The notes under the pieces: model-generated
What the model was told of the DNA's origin: nothing
The model's database searches: none
What the model saw: the letters and a program-made list of their open reading frames with translations, nothing else
DNA from: Eledone cirrhosa
Taxonomy: Eukaryota
DNA length: 64,000 nt
Assembly: GCA_964016885.1 (NCBI GenBank)
Contig: OZ024747.1
Span: 90,148,001-90,212,000 of the forward strand
Direction: 5' to 3'
Part shown: piece by piece, positions 52,734 through 64,000 of the stretch
Position numbering within the stretch: the stretch's first letter is position 1
How the letters are laid out: each line of letters starts with the position of its first letter
Program-made: the position numbers and the translations under genes

Positions 52734-52922
52734 AATGTTTCTACTTTTGGCACAAGGCCAGCAATTACCCAGTGTATTACTGGTACTTTATTTTATCGCC
52801 CCCGTAAGGATGAAAGGCAAAGTTAACCTCGGTGGGATTTGAAATCAGAATGGCAAGGGCCATAACTCTATGCGTCAAAACATGGCGTCCGACCCTCTAC
52901 CGATACTGCCAATTCACCGCCC
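52734..52922 (-). mobile_element. SINE family 2
   Basis: Reverse complement of 6229-6418. Confidence 0.85.
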
Positions 52923-53023
52923 TAAACTGTAATAATAATAAATAGTTGCACTACAGGTTTATATATACTTTTATATATATACAGTCCTTATCGAGGCCTC
53001 TTCAGATATTATTCTTCGTAATA

Positions 53024-53065
<42 letters not shown>

Positions 53066-53336
53066 GGCATGTGTGTGTATGTGTATGCTCGTGTGTGTAA
53101 TATATATGTGTGTGTGTATATATATATACATACATATATATATATAGTGTTTTGATGATTTGATCAGAGGCAAACTCTGTATTTAAGGTCGAGTGACGCA
53201 ACTTCGAGTGATTAGCAGCCTTTAGACTCCCCTGATCAATGAAACAATTGTTAATACTTGAAATAAAACCCTTTTTATACAGCTGACCATGTTATTCTTC
53301 AATCTTTCACTATATATATATATTTATATAGAGAGC

Positions 53337-53367
<31 letters not shown>

Positions 53368-53634
53368 GAGTTTAATTTCTCATTCTTTCTTCTGATGAAA
53401 GACTATTTCAAGCTATTTCAAGCATTAAACTAATATATTCCTTTCATGTACTGTGCTGTTTGTTTTGTTGTTTTTCTTATTTCTGTTTACCTTTTCATAT
53501 ATATAAAATATTGTGTATTATATACATATATACATACATATATATATATATATTTATAATACACAATATTTTAAAAAATATTAAAACTTATTTTTTTACT
53601 TTTAAAGTAGGATTATACACACACACACACACAC

Positions 53635-53714
<80 letters not shown>

Positions 53715-54094
53715 CACAATGGCCACCTATTAATTTTTCTGAATAACTATTTAATTATTAAAATTATAATGGGAGATCAATTAGTGAAATTAGTAGTGCT
53801 AAATCGTGGTGTGGGGTTTGGAGGTTAAATGGAGTGGGTAATTTCTTTCTTTCCATGAATAAAAAAATAATGGAAAAGTCAATTTTCTTGAATAATATTT
53901 TGAAACACCTGGTTAAGAAGTAACACACATTAAAAGATTTACTTTAGAAATTTCTGTTGACTTATTCGACATTATTATATCTGAATCTTTTGAAGGCTTT
54001 CTTTCTTATCTTCGTATTTACATTTATTTTAATTTTATTTTATAATGTGGTAAAATTATTTCCCAAATTGTATTCTTTATATATATATATATCT

Positions 54095-54430
54095 GCACCT
54101 GAAGAATCTTGAGTCAGCTGCTGATGGCAGTGCAGTGTCTTCTGTGGCTGTACAGGCCTACACAGGAATGGCAGTCCTCTATACAGCAACTACATTTGTA
54201 GATGCTCACCTCCAGAGCCACTGTGTTGTTCTTTTTCAAACACGTTTTTCCTCAGTGCAAGTTTCAGTTCCTCCTCCCCTCGCTCCATCCCCTGCTGTAG
54301 TACTTGTCTCCATTGTAATCGATTTTTAGCGACCTTATCCCATCTCTAGGTGTCCAGGTTTATTGACTTCATATCCCTCCTGCAGATGTCTAACCCATGC
54401 AAGCTTCTTCTTCACAAGAGTGTCGGCTAC
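54095..54430 (-). mobile_element. Degenerate BovB-like RTE 3' end
   Basis: Minus strand ...DMKSINLDT*RWDKVAKNRLQWRQVL... and C-terminal Cys/His motif DCHSCVGLYSHRRHC. Confidence 0.65.
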
Positions 54431-54827
54431 AAAGCTTAGCTAGATGTGGTTCTGCCACAGCTGAACACATTGTTGTCCTTTCTCATTAAACTCTGCCAAT
54501 GCTGAGTCCAATGCTGTGCAGGGGTGTTCCAGCAGGGAAGGAGGGAGGGTTATAACAGGAGGTGCTGCGTAGTCTATGGTTCGATATTGCAGTCACACAC
54601 AACATCACCATCCTTTAAATATCCCAATTTTGAGAGATTGGCTTTTGCAAGCATAAACAAATGAATATTAAACCATGATGATTATGATGCTGATGCTAAC
54701 ATAGACTTTCGTTGAACCTTTATAGCAAACATTAAACTAAATATATATTATAATAATAATGGAATTATTGTGTACAGTGCTCAGGTGCACGACGACTCAT
54801 CAAAGGTGTATGTATAGTACATAGAAT

Positions 54828-55011
54828 AATTGTTTCTATTTTAGGCACGAGGCCAGCAAATACCCAGTGCATTACTGGTACTTTATTTTATCGACCCCGT
54901 AAGGATGAAAGGCAAAGTTAACCTCGGCGGGATTTGAACTCAGATCATAAAGGGACGTAACTCTATGCTTCAAAGCATGGTGTCCGACTCTCTACCGATA
55001 CTGCCAATCCA
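54828..55011 (-). mobile_element. SINE family 2
   Basis: Reverse complement of 6229-6418. Confidence 0.85.
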
Positions 55012-55452
55012 AGAATAATGTACAAATGTCAGGAAAATGAACAGTTTACGAGTCATGAAATACATGTGTGCGTGTGTATGGAGGGGGGATATCAGGTGTA
55101 GTGTTGGCAAATCTCAGGAAGCATGGAGGTTTTAAAGGATGCAATGTCTCAACAGCTAACAACTGATGCAGTATTAAATCTCTGGTCAATTGTTTCTTAT
55201 TTTTCCTTTATTCAAATATATTAAAGATACCTTGAAAACAGCTGTAATCTATTATATATTTCTAAATGTTTGTCTGTGAGAACATTCCATATTGTTCCTG
55301 TAATGTTTTAAGTATTTTTTTCCTACTTTTTACCACAATTTCATCTCCTTCCTATTTTGCCTTTGTATGTAGCCAACACTTTCCTTTGAAAGGATCTATC
55401 ACCTGCTTCTGTGCTACTACTACAGCAGTGTGTTTTACTACATTACCTCTAA

Positions 55453-55484
<32 letters not shown>

Positions 55485-55494
55485 CTTTCACATA

Positions 55495-55546
<52 letters not shown>

Positions 55547-55788
55547 CTTTCACACACCCCTCTCTCTCTATATATATATATATGTATAACATAAGATAAT
55601 TATTTCATTTACCAGTGCTTTCTTGAAGACAGATATTTATATCTGTCTTCAGTCGTCAGAACAAATAAAAAACATTGTGTGTTTATTAAATAAGCTCAGT
55701 AGCCTACACAGAGCACTCTCTTTTCCTGTACCTTTCCTACGGAAATACTTCATTTATATATATATATATATATATCTTTCACCCCACC

Positions 55789-55838
<50 letters not shown>

Positions 55839-55841
<3 letters not shown>

Positions 55842-56014
55842 CTGAATGGGTATCAGTACGATTTTAACATCAAAATTCATATATCGATGCTACAAAGTTA
55901 AATGTTTATGCACAAATGTTTATGTAAATGTTTATGTACAAACATAAACATTTAACTTTGTAGCACCGAGATATGTATTTCAATGTTAAAATCGTACTCA
56001 TACCCATTCAGGGT
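55839..56014. mobile_element. Fold-back MITE
   Basis: Imperfect ~70-bp arms accctgaatgggtatcagtacgattttaacat... / ...atgttaaaatcgtactcatacccattcagggt. Confidence 0.75.
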
Positions 56015-56980
56015 TCTTTACTAAATCCTTTATTTTCTTGTAAGCCTCTGAGGATCCCAATTTGGGTGTAACATGTGTAGGAGCTTCTTATAAATATATT
56101 TTAACGGCTTGCTTCTCTTTCATCAATTTCTTCGATTATAATTGCTCTGTTTAAATTTGCACACTAAATATTAACGCTTCTAATATTTAACCTTGTTTGC
56201 ACAAGCATCGAGCACGAATACACCTGCTTATGGTAATTAATTATCTGTATCGTCTTTTTCTATAACGCTTCTTCTCTCTATTCTCTCTCACGATACTGTA
56301 ACATTTTATTATATATATATATATATATATAAAATTCACAAGAATCAAAGCTATGTTCAAAGCATTTATTCAGTTACAATTGTTTCATCCAAACCTAGGC
56401 TTGGAGTCTTCAGAGCATTTTTCAATGTTTGTACACATAATTGACCTCCTTTCCAACGCAAGAGACATACAGATACATATATATATATATTGATGTACAG
56501 TGGAGTGGCATATATTATACTATACTATTTTTGTACAGCAATTCAAATTCAAAATCAAAATCAAAATTAAAATACATTCGGCAGATAACACAGATAATGC
56601 AAGAGGATAGTTTGATAGTCAGGTTTAATAGGTAGTGTATGCGTTAGTTACACGTGGAGCATGCAAGTATGTCTCATTTTTATACTATTATTGTGTGGCA
56701 GGGTGTTACACGTAATGCAAGCACTTTAAGCGGGTAAGCAAAATTATTATGGTGGTTGTAGTGGTAAGGTATTTTTTGTATAGAACAAAAAAGTATGTGT
56801 GCAGAAAAATAAAAATAAAAAGAAGAAGCAAAAGAAAGTTATGGTTTTCGTATCCACCATCATTTTCACATTCAGAAAAAGTAATACATAGTCTCTACAT
56901 CCATCACATAAGTAACGATGATTCCGTATTGAATGTTTGATGCATTAAAATAAATTATTTTAGCGTATTGAGGCTCAGTG

Positions 56981-57106
56981 TTATTTAATCCAAGTTTATA
57001 GAATAGGTTGATTCTGCTGCGAGAATTACACACATACTTCCGGGTAATAAACCGCTGTAAATTCTCGCAGCAGAATCAACCTATTCTATAAACTTGGATT
57101 AAATAA
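56981..57106. repeat. Perfect ~47-bp inverted repeat with ~32-nt spacer
   Basis: ttatttaatccaagtttatagaataggttgattctgctgcgagaatt followed by its exact reverse complement. Confidence 0.9.
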
Positions 57107-57230
57107 ATCTATGAGATTTTGATATTATTCATTTTGAGAACAATACTTTAACATAAGCATGACAGGTTTGAACAGAAAGATGTGAGAGAATTCTGGCTGG
57201 ATATGGCTGGTTTAAATGCTAAAGAGTTAA
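57107..57230 (-). mobile_element. Partial piggyBac-like MITE
   Basis: Matches 5765-5903; ends ctaaagagTTAA. Confidence 0.7.
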
Positions 57231-57869
57231 ATGTATAAGTAACTTTGGAAAAATAACTATTTACAGAGACACATGTAGGTTTAGAAAGCATGCCCTTGTC
57301 ATTGAAAAGCAAAACTTCTTATTGTACCAAGATGACTGAGATAAGAAATGCATTATGTATATGTGTATGTAAATTTTAAAGATTTACTGATAGAGATATA
57401 CATAAATATACAAATACACAAGGCATATTATTATGGTTGATACCATAAATCAAGCAGTATCATTGGCCTCTGTTATGTAATAAAGTATCACACTTTAGTA
57501 AGATACACCATTGATAAGTGAAGATAGTATAGAGAAATTTCTATGTAAAAGTTTATTTTTCAAATTTACAATGTAAATATTCGAAATGAAGAAATTTGAT
57601 TCCACTAAATAAATAAGATGTTTCACTTGTAATTATTTCAACCTTTGATTAATGTAGCTATTATGGTAACTATATTCCAATATTCCAATATTCAAATTCT
57701 GACGAGGTTTCGATGTAAACTTACTAAAGAGATATTTGTAGTATTTGTATCAAAGATTGTCTGATAAAAGGTGTGAAATGACTTAAATTGAAGTGCAATA
57801 TTATATAATATGATGAAACTTCATACAATATTATTCTCATCAAATTTCTTATTAGAAGAGAATTTAATT

Positions 57870-58112
57870 ATTATTGTTATTGATGGTGTTGGTGGTGTTG
57901 TTGTTGGTGTTGTTGTTGGTGGAGGTGGTGGTGGTGGCGTTGGTAGTGTTGTTGTTAGTGGTGGTGTTGTTGGTGTTGGTGGTGGTGGTGGTGGTGGTAG
58001 AGGTGTTGGTGGTGGTGCTGTTGGTGGTGGTGGTGGTGGTGGTGGTGGTGGTAGAGGTGTTCGTGGTGGTGGTGTTGGCGGTGGTGTTGGTGTTGTAGTT
58101 GTTGTTGTTGTG
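57870..58112. repeat. (GGT/GTT)n trinucleotide tract
   Basis: Direct inspection. Confidence 0.95.
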
Positions 58113-58396
58113 TGTCATCACTGAATTACTGAGTATACACACATAAATATTCATACTTATATGTTGTATGTATATATATATATGTTCTAAGCGCTCTTTG
58201 TTGTTAATTGTATATATATATATATATATATATTTCTTTAAGTCGTTTGGAAGCCTCGACAATGCAGATGGGTAAATCTCCAGGTAACAAGATCCGGTGG
58301 TGGAGAGAGAGATGTAAGTAGGTGTACGTTGAGATGCGTGGCGTGTAGAAGACTGTAGCGTGTAGAAGAATGTAGGAAAGAGCGTAAAGGATAAAA

Positions 58397-58435
<39 letters not shown>

Positions 58436-58449
58436 TGTATATATATATT

Positions 58450-58854
58450 ACTTTATGGATCCGAAACTTGGACACTAACATCACAACTTGAGAGGAGATT
58501 GGATGACACATATACCCGCCTCTTAATGAGAGTGCAAAACCTATCCTGGAAACGACATCCCACCTTGTCTAAAATCTATGGCAAACTTCCTCGAGCCTCT
58601 GCCCTTCTAAAATCCCGGAGAGCTCAATTTGCTGGCCACTGTCACCGTACCAGCAATGAAATCATATCCGCTCTCTTGCTCTGGAACCCTGACTCCAGCC
58701 TGACTAGGAGTAGGAAGCTGTCATTCCCTGACGTTATCTCTAGGGATACGGGAATCAGTAGACAGGACCTGGGGGCGGCGATGGGGGACAGGGAATTCTG
58801 GGGCATGAGAGTGAGATCCATCATCTCGACAGTAGTCGACGAATGATGATGATG

Positions 58855-58856
<2 letters not shown>
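58450..58856 (+). mobile_element. 3' end of a further RTE-like LINE lineage
   Basis: LYGSETW-like start, then DTYTRLLMRVQNLSW...RRAQFAGHC...LLLW...MGDREFW; (GAT)n tail running into (TA)n. Confidence 0.8.
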
Positions 58857-58911
<55 letters not shown>

Positions 58912-58915
58912 TGTA

Positions 58916-58967
<52 letters not shown>

Positions 58968-59160
58968 TAGATGTATATATATATGTAAGCACACATATAA
59001 TAATGGCTGGATTCCCAATGAGTATCAAGAGGTGACCACAGTTAATAAAGGTACTGAATATGTATAGACATCTGACTTCTACAAGACCTCTCTGCTCCAT
59101 TAAACCTTTCAACATCTATCCCAAAGAAACTATAAATAACAATATTGACCAATTTTATCT

Positions 59161-59212
59161 GACTTCCCTGGTGATTCCATATGAATGAAACAGCTCTAGT
59201 CCTGTAGATATC
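59161..59212 (+). ncRNA. Degenerate PLE-1-family hammerhead (core CUGGUGA)
   Basis: gacttcc-ctggtga-ttccatatgaat-gaaa-cagctctagtcctg-ta-gatatc. Confidence 0.6.
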
Positions 59213-59254
59213 ATTTCTATATCAAATACACATGCACATATACATGCATACATG

Positions 59255-59773
59255 ATGGCTGCAAACTCTGCTAAGAGTATTGCTATCGCTTGTCAGATTA
59301 TAGAGTTTGGTGCACTTTTACGCTACGGCCAGCCTACATGAACCTGTAACATATTCTGAACTAGCAATGTCTGTGCTTTGAAGATTTTTTTAAGTGGGGA
59401 AAGGCCTTGCACTCGACCAATCCCACTCTCTGAGCATCAAAAACACTACCCATAAAGGAGAACTGGTCAACATCATCGGATGCTTTCGAAGCTGCAGGTT
59501 TTTTTTCAGAGTTTCCCTCTTTTAGAAAGGTGTTGTGACAACAACTGGGGGCCTTTCACTCCCAGGTGAAAAAAAAGGTACTATTTGGATGGCCGTTGAT
59601 TCTGTTGAGTTCCGTCGCCCTTTGCCTGGTCTTGTATTTCATCCCGCAGGGTGTCCAAATATCAGCCTCCTCACCAAGCTTGGTGTGGTTGCCGGTTTAG
59701 TCACCGATGACCCAACCATGAGACAGGTTGTACTTGGTTACATGTTACCAGTAGCACTCAAGAGCGACCTGAC
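59255..59773 (-). repeat. ~520-bp dispersed repeat of unknown class (copy 2)
   Basis: Reverse complement of 51482-52000. Confidence 0.9.
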
Positions 59774-60186
59774 ATACATATATATGTATTATATAATTAA
59801 CAAAGATCACTAGTATTAAGTCAACAGTTTCTGGTCAATGTCTAGCTAATTCAATGAATCTGCCGAATTGCAGTAATGCAGTTGCAATCTGCTGTTCAGA
59901 GTGCACACATTCATTTAATAGCAGATACAGTGGCTGTGATTTGATAGAGAGAAAGGTAATATATATATATATATATAGTTATATACCCCCATAAAGTAAA
60001 TATTTATTATAGTACAGATTAAAGTTTAAGCAAAGAATTACTGCTTTCACCCACATCAACTCAAAGCTAATTACAAGACCCCTCTCTGTATATATTATTG
60101 TGTACATTTTATAATTCTCTGAAGTTGGGAGTTACTCTACTTTGGTTTTGAATGCAACTCTTCATGAACTATGAACCTTATTTGTA

Positions 60187-60258
60187 ATGTTGATGATGAT
60201 GACAACGATGATGATGATGATGTCAATGATGGTGATGATAATGATGATGATGATGATA

Positions 60259-60292
<34 letters not shown>

Positions 60293-60372
60293 CAATGATG
60301 ACAGTGATGATGATGATGATGATGATGATCACAACAATGCTGATGATGATGACAATGATGATGATGATAACA
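60187..60372. repeat. (GAT)n trinucleotide tract
   Basis: Direct inspection. Confidence 0.95.
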
Positions 60373-61293
60373 ATGTACCAGTATAAATAAGAAGCAGCTT
60401 CCTTTTCAAGAGCATTCCACTGAAAAAGAACTCCACCATATGGCTCTTCTCTCCAAGAACTTACCACCAACCAACCAGCAAAGATACCACTATCAGTAAG
60501 AGATATGTCAAGTACATTTATGATATTTAACTCACACAACTACATCAGCAAATCATACAACATTCTAAATGACAGAATGAAATGTTCTCCTATCAAAAGT
60601 ATCCTACATCTGAACTTAAAACCAAACTTCAATTCATTAAGTGTGATACAGTAGTAAACAAAGTTAAAGTACTCATACAGAACAACACAAATATTTGACA
60701 CTAAGAAAAGGTAGAATACATAGCTGCTACATTAAGTCAATTGTCTTTCCAGCAAATATAATCACACACAACAGAGTTTCAGTGCTATCCTGAGTTAGAA
60801 CACATAGCTGCTACATTAAGCCAATTGTCTTTCCAGCAAATATAATCATATATAACTTAGATTCAATGCTATACTGAAATAGTAATTTCTTCAAGTGAAC
60901 AAAGTCTTATTAGCCTTAGTAAATTCTTAGTGGTATGTACTACAGAAGTCAGATTTAAATGCCTCAAAGAAAATTATACTAATGTAAGGTAGGATATCCA
61001 TCGGTTCCTCATTCAATCTCCTAAATTCAACAGGATTTGGATACAACCCTTCTGCTATCAAAATGTAGCCCCAAGGACACAATTCATTATAGAAATTTGA
61101 GTGGAAGAAACAAGTAAAGTTAAATATCTTTTCAGAGGAAAATATAATGTTGAATAATCTGCTATAAATGGGACCCACTATTGGGGGATTTTAAAACTAG
61201 TCGGCCCATGATAATATATATATATATATTGTTATACTTTGGAAGGGTCATGTTGCCAATAAGAAACACACGCACCAGTTGCTTTCACACACA

Positions 61294-62614
61294 CATCATC
61301 ATCATCATCATCAGGTTTAGCGTCCGTGTTCCACGCTTGCATGGGTTTGGACGGGGGTTTTCCCACTTGAGGCAAGAGTGGTTGTCTTGCTCGCATAGGA
61401 CTGTCTGGCGGGTTTTCTACAGTTGGATGCCCTTCCTAACACCAACCACGTTTACAGTGTGGGGTTGGGAGGTTTTTACCGTGTTGTCTACACGGCCACA
61501 TTACAGCGTGGACTGTCTGGCGGGTTTTCTACAGCTGGATGCCCTTCCTAACACCAACCACATTTACAGTGTGGGGCTGGGAGGTTTTTACCGTGTTGCC
61601 TACACGGCCACATTTACAGCGTGGACTGTGTGTTTTTTGTCGTGACACCTACACGATCTCATTTGTTTCGGCCTGGATGTTGTGGGACCAACATAACTTT
61701 ACATTGAAAAGGGCGGTGTGGGTGGGGTGGAGGTGGTGGGACGGGGGTGTGTTTTGATAGAGATGCCTACTGACTGTAGTAGGTTTTTACTTTGTATTTA
61801 GGTAAGGCGGGTCTTCTCTATTACTGAGTACCGCCAAAGGTCTCGGTCCAGTGACATTGTCTTGGAGAGGTGTAAGCGTGTGAGGTCGGAATTTATCAGC
61901 TCGTCCCATGTTTTTCTGGGTCTGCCTACTCCGTGGCTACCGTCTATCTTTATTGCCCTGCACTTTGTTATACAGCTGTCGTCTTTCATGCGCATCACGT
62001 GACCGTACCAACGTAGCCTTCTCTCGAGTAAACAACATCTGATCCCTCTTATTTCTAATTTTTTCCTTAGTTCGTTTATGCTTTGCCGTTCACGTATATT
62101 ACTATTGCACATCCAGCGGAGCATGCAAGCTTCGTTCCTCTCTAGTCTGCGTATATCCTCTGCACACAATGCCCAGGTCTCACTGCCATGCAGCATTGCT
62201 GTTCGTATGCAGGCATCGTATAACCTGCCTTTCATTTTTAGGGAGAACCCTCTAGCGGCTAATAGTGGTATAAGCTCTCTGAACTTTTTCCATCCAGTTC
62301 TGACTCTAGCTACTGTACTTTCAGAGCACCCTCCCCCACTGCTGATTTTGTCACCCAGATAACGGAAGCTGTCCACTATTTCTATAGAACCCTCTGCGCA
62401 GTTGAAGGAGCTAGTATTTTGTGGGCACTTGCTGCTACTTATTGCACCAGAGCACCGGCCACATGTAAAATCTATGTTCTTAGTTAGCTTACCTGTGATC
62501 CCACTACATCTTTTATGCACCCATACTTTGCATTTGGGACATAAAATGGAGTTTCTACCTACGCCTTTCCTACACACTGAGCATGGCCATTTCCCCGATG
62601 GGACCGCCGCCTTA
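61294..62614 (-). mobile_element. RTE family A, 5'-truncated
   Basis: Near-identical to ~16894-18200, including the 3' UTR duplication. Confidence 0.96.
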
Positions 62615-62694
62615 TATATCATCATCATCATCATCATCATCATTTTTATGTCCGCTTTTCCCTGCTTGCAAGGGTGGGAATATATATGTGTGTG

Positions 62695-63018
62695 TATGAT
62701 AACTTTGATAACTATAATAGGTTTCGGCCAGTATTGGCTGAGGCCATGTAATAGCACCACCTGGCGAAGTCTTTCTAATCGGGATTTGGGTACCATGGCC
62801 CACTCAATATGAGAGTCATATCCGGGTGTAGGAGGTTTATCCGGGATTTCTTGAAGGAATTTGTCCAAAGACTTCTTGAACTTGATGGGGTCTGTTTCTG
62901 TTTTAATGTGTTTTGGTGTAATGTTAAAGAGAGCGGGGCCAATTGAGGTGAAATAATTGTGCTGTATTGTTGTTATGAGATGCGAGTGAGATTTTTGTCG
63001 TGGGTGGATAGCACGGGG
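62695..63018 (-). mobile_element. 3' end of a non-RTE LINE (CR1/Jockey-group-like)
   Basis: NYFTSIGPALFNITPKHIK...FKKSLDKFLQEIPDKPPTPGY; short tandem tail agttatca; sits between two short RTE-type tails (62619-62679, 63020-63117). Confidence 0.7.
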
Positions 63019-63535
63019 CTATCCAGCTGTAGAAATCAAACCAGAATCAGTTCCCGTCCCACCCTTGCAAGCAGTGAAAAAGCGGACGTAAAATGAAATG
63101 ATGATGATGATGATGATATACACACACATACATACAAAAATATTTATATATATATATATATAAATACACACACACACACGCACACACACATATATATATA
63201 TATTATCAACACCTAAGAATGAAAGACAATAATACAACAGAATAATGGTTTGGTTCCTCACATTACAATTCTCAATTTGCATATTTTTTGCCTGATTTTC
63301 TTTAGAATGTTCTGGATATAGCAATTTGGCTTGAGAAATATGTCATGAAGTATTAAAATATATTTATACATAGCTTGAAAGAAAAGAAAAAGAAAAAGAA
63401 TTTATTATTTGCAATACGACTTTTCTTAAACTGACAACTTTATAGAATGTCTCTAATGGTTTATATAAATCAACAATGATAAAGCAGGTCTTCTTATATG
63501 CATCCTTTTGGAAACATATTTATGATTATTATGTG

Positions 63536-63718
63536 CAGTGAATTGGCAGTATTGGTAGAGGGTCAGACATGCTTTCCAGCGTAGTTACGTCCCTTTACGA
63601 TCTGAGTTCAAATCCCGCCGAGGTTAACTTTGCCTTTCATCCTTACAGGGTCGATAAAATAAAGTACCAGTAATACATTGGATAATTGCTGGCTTTGTGC
63701 CAAAAGTAGAAACAATTA
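63536..63718 (+). mobile_element. SINE family 2
   Basis: Matches 6229-6418. Confidence 0.85.
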
Positions 63719-63756
63719 TGTATATAACTTACTAGAAATTTCTTGATATATATATA

Positions 63757-64000
63757 TCATCATCATCATTTTACGTCCACTTTTCCCTGCTTGCAAGGGT
63801 GGGACGGGAACTGATTCTGGCTTGATTTCTACAGCTGGATGCCCTTCCTAACAGCACCGCATTTACAGTGAGTGGTAAGTACTTTTTTTACGTGGCGCCT
63901 ACATGAACACTTTGCAGTGGAATGATAGGGACCCCAGTCCTATCATCTCATTTCTACAGCTGAGTAAACTGGAGCAATGTGAAATAAAGAGTCTTGCTCA
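63757..64000 (-). mobile_element. CORE-like SINE with RTE tail (runs off window)
   Basis: Reverse complement of ~1653-1907. Confidence 0.85.

Noticed and set aside
57810-58124. Gly/Val-rich or Thr/Asn-rich ORFs, and poly-Asp ORF at 60171-60386
   Set aside because: Simple trinucleotide repeats with no coding context.
60717-60850. Short direct duplication (acatagctgctacattaag...aatataatca)
   Set aside because: Ordinary local tandem duplication with no further structure.
61798-62868. 356-aa ORF suggesting a fusion protein
   Set aside because: Chance read-through across three adjacent insertions (CR1-like end, short RTE tail with (GAT)n, truncated RTE).

Overview
AT-rich, microsatellite-saturated eukaryotic (metazoan) DNA. 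The mix of (TA)n/(CA)n tracts, RTE LINEs with (GAT)n tails, tRNA-derived SINEs and Penelope-like elements (PLEs) suggests an octopus/cephalopod intergenic or intronic region (inference). No host gene can be confidently called, and most ORFs in the track are microsatellite artefacts. Contents: (i) two families of RTE-clade LINEs, including an uninterrupted 991-aa APE-RT ORF, with a C4-H-C3 PHD-type finger inserted inside the RT and a 3' UTR built from repeated hairpin+pseudoknot modules; (ii) at least four C-terminal GIY-YIG PLEs (probably Hydra-type), with inverted pseudo-LTRs (pLTRs) and several type I hammerhead ribozymes (HHRs); (iii) a nested PLE > (PLE + RTE) insertion spanning 7.1-19.5 kb, in which compound microsatellite is part of the PLE itself; (iv) two SINE families, hAT, piggyBac-like and Helitron-like non-autonomous elements, fold-back hairpins and minisatellites. 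All structures were identified by eye, so element boundaries are approximate.
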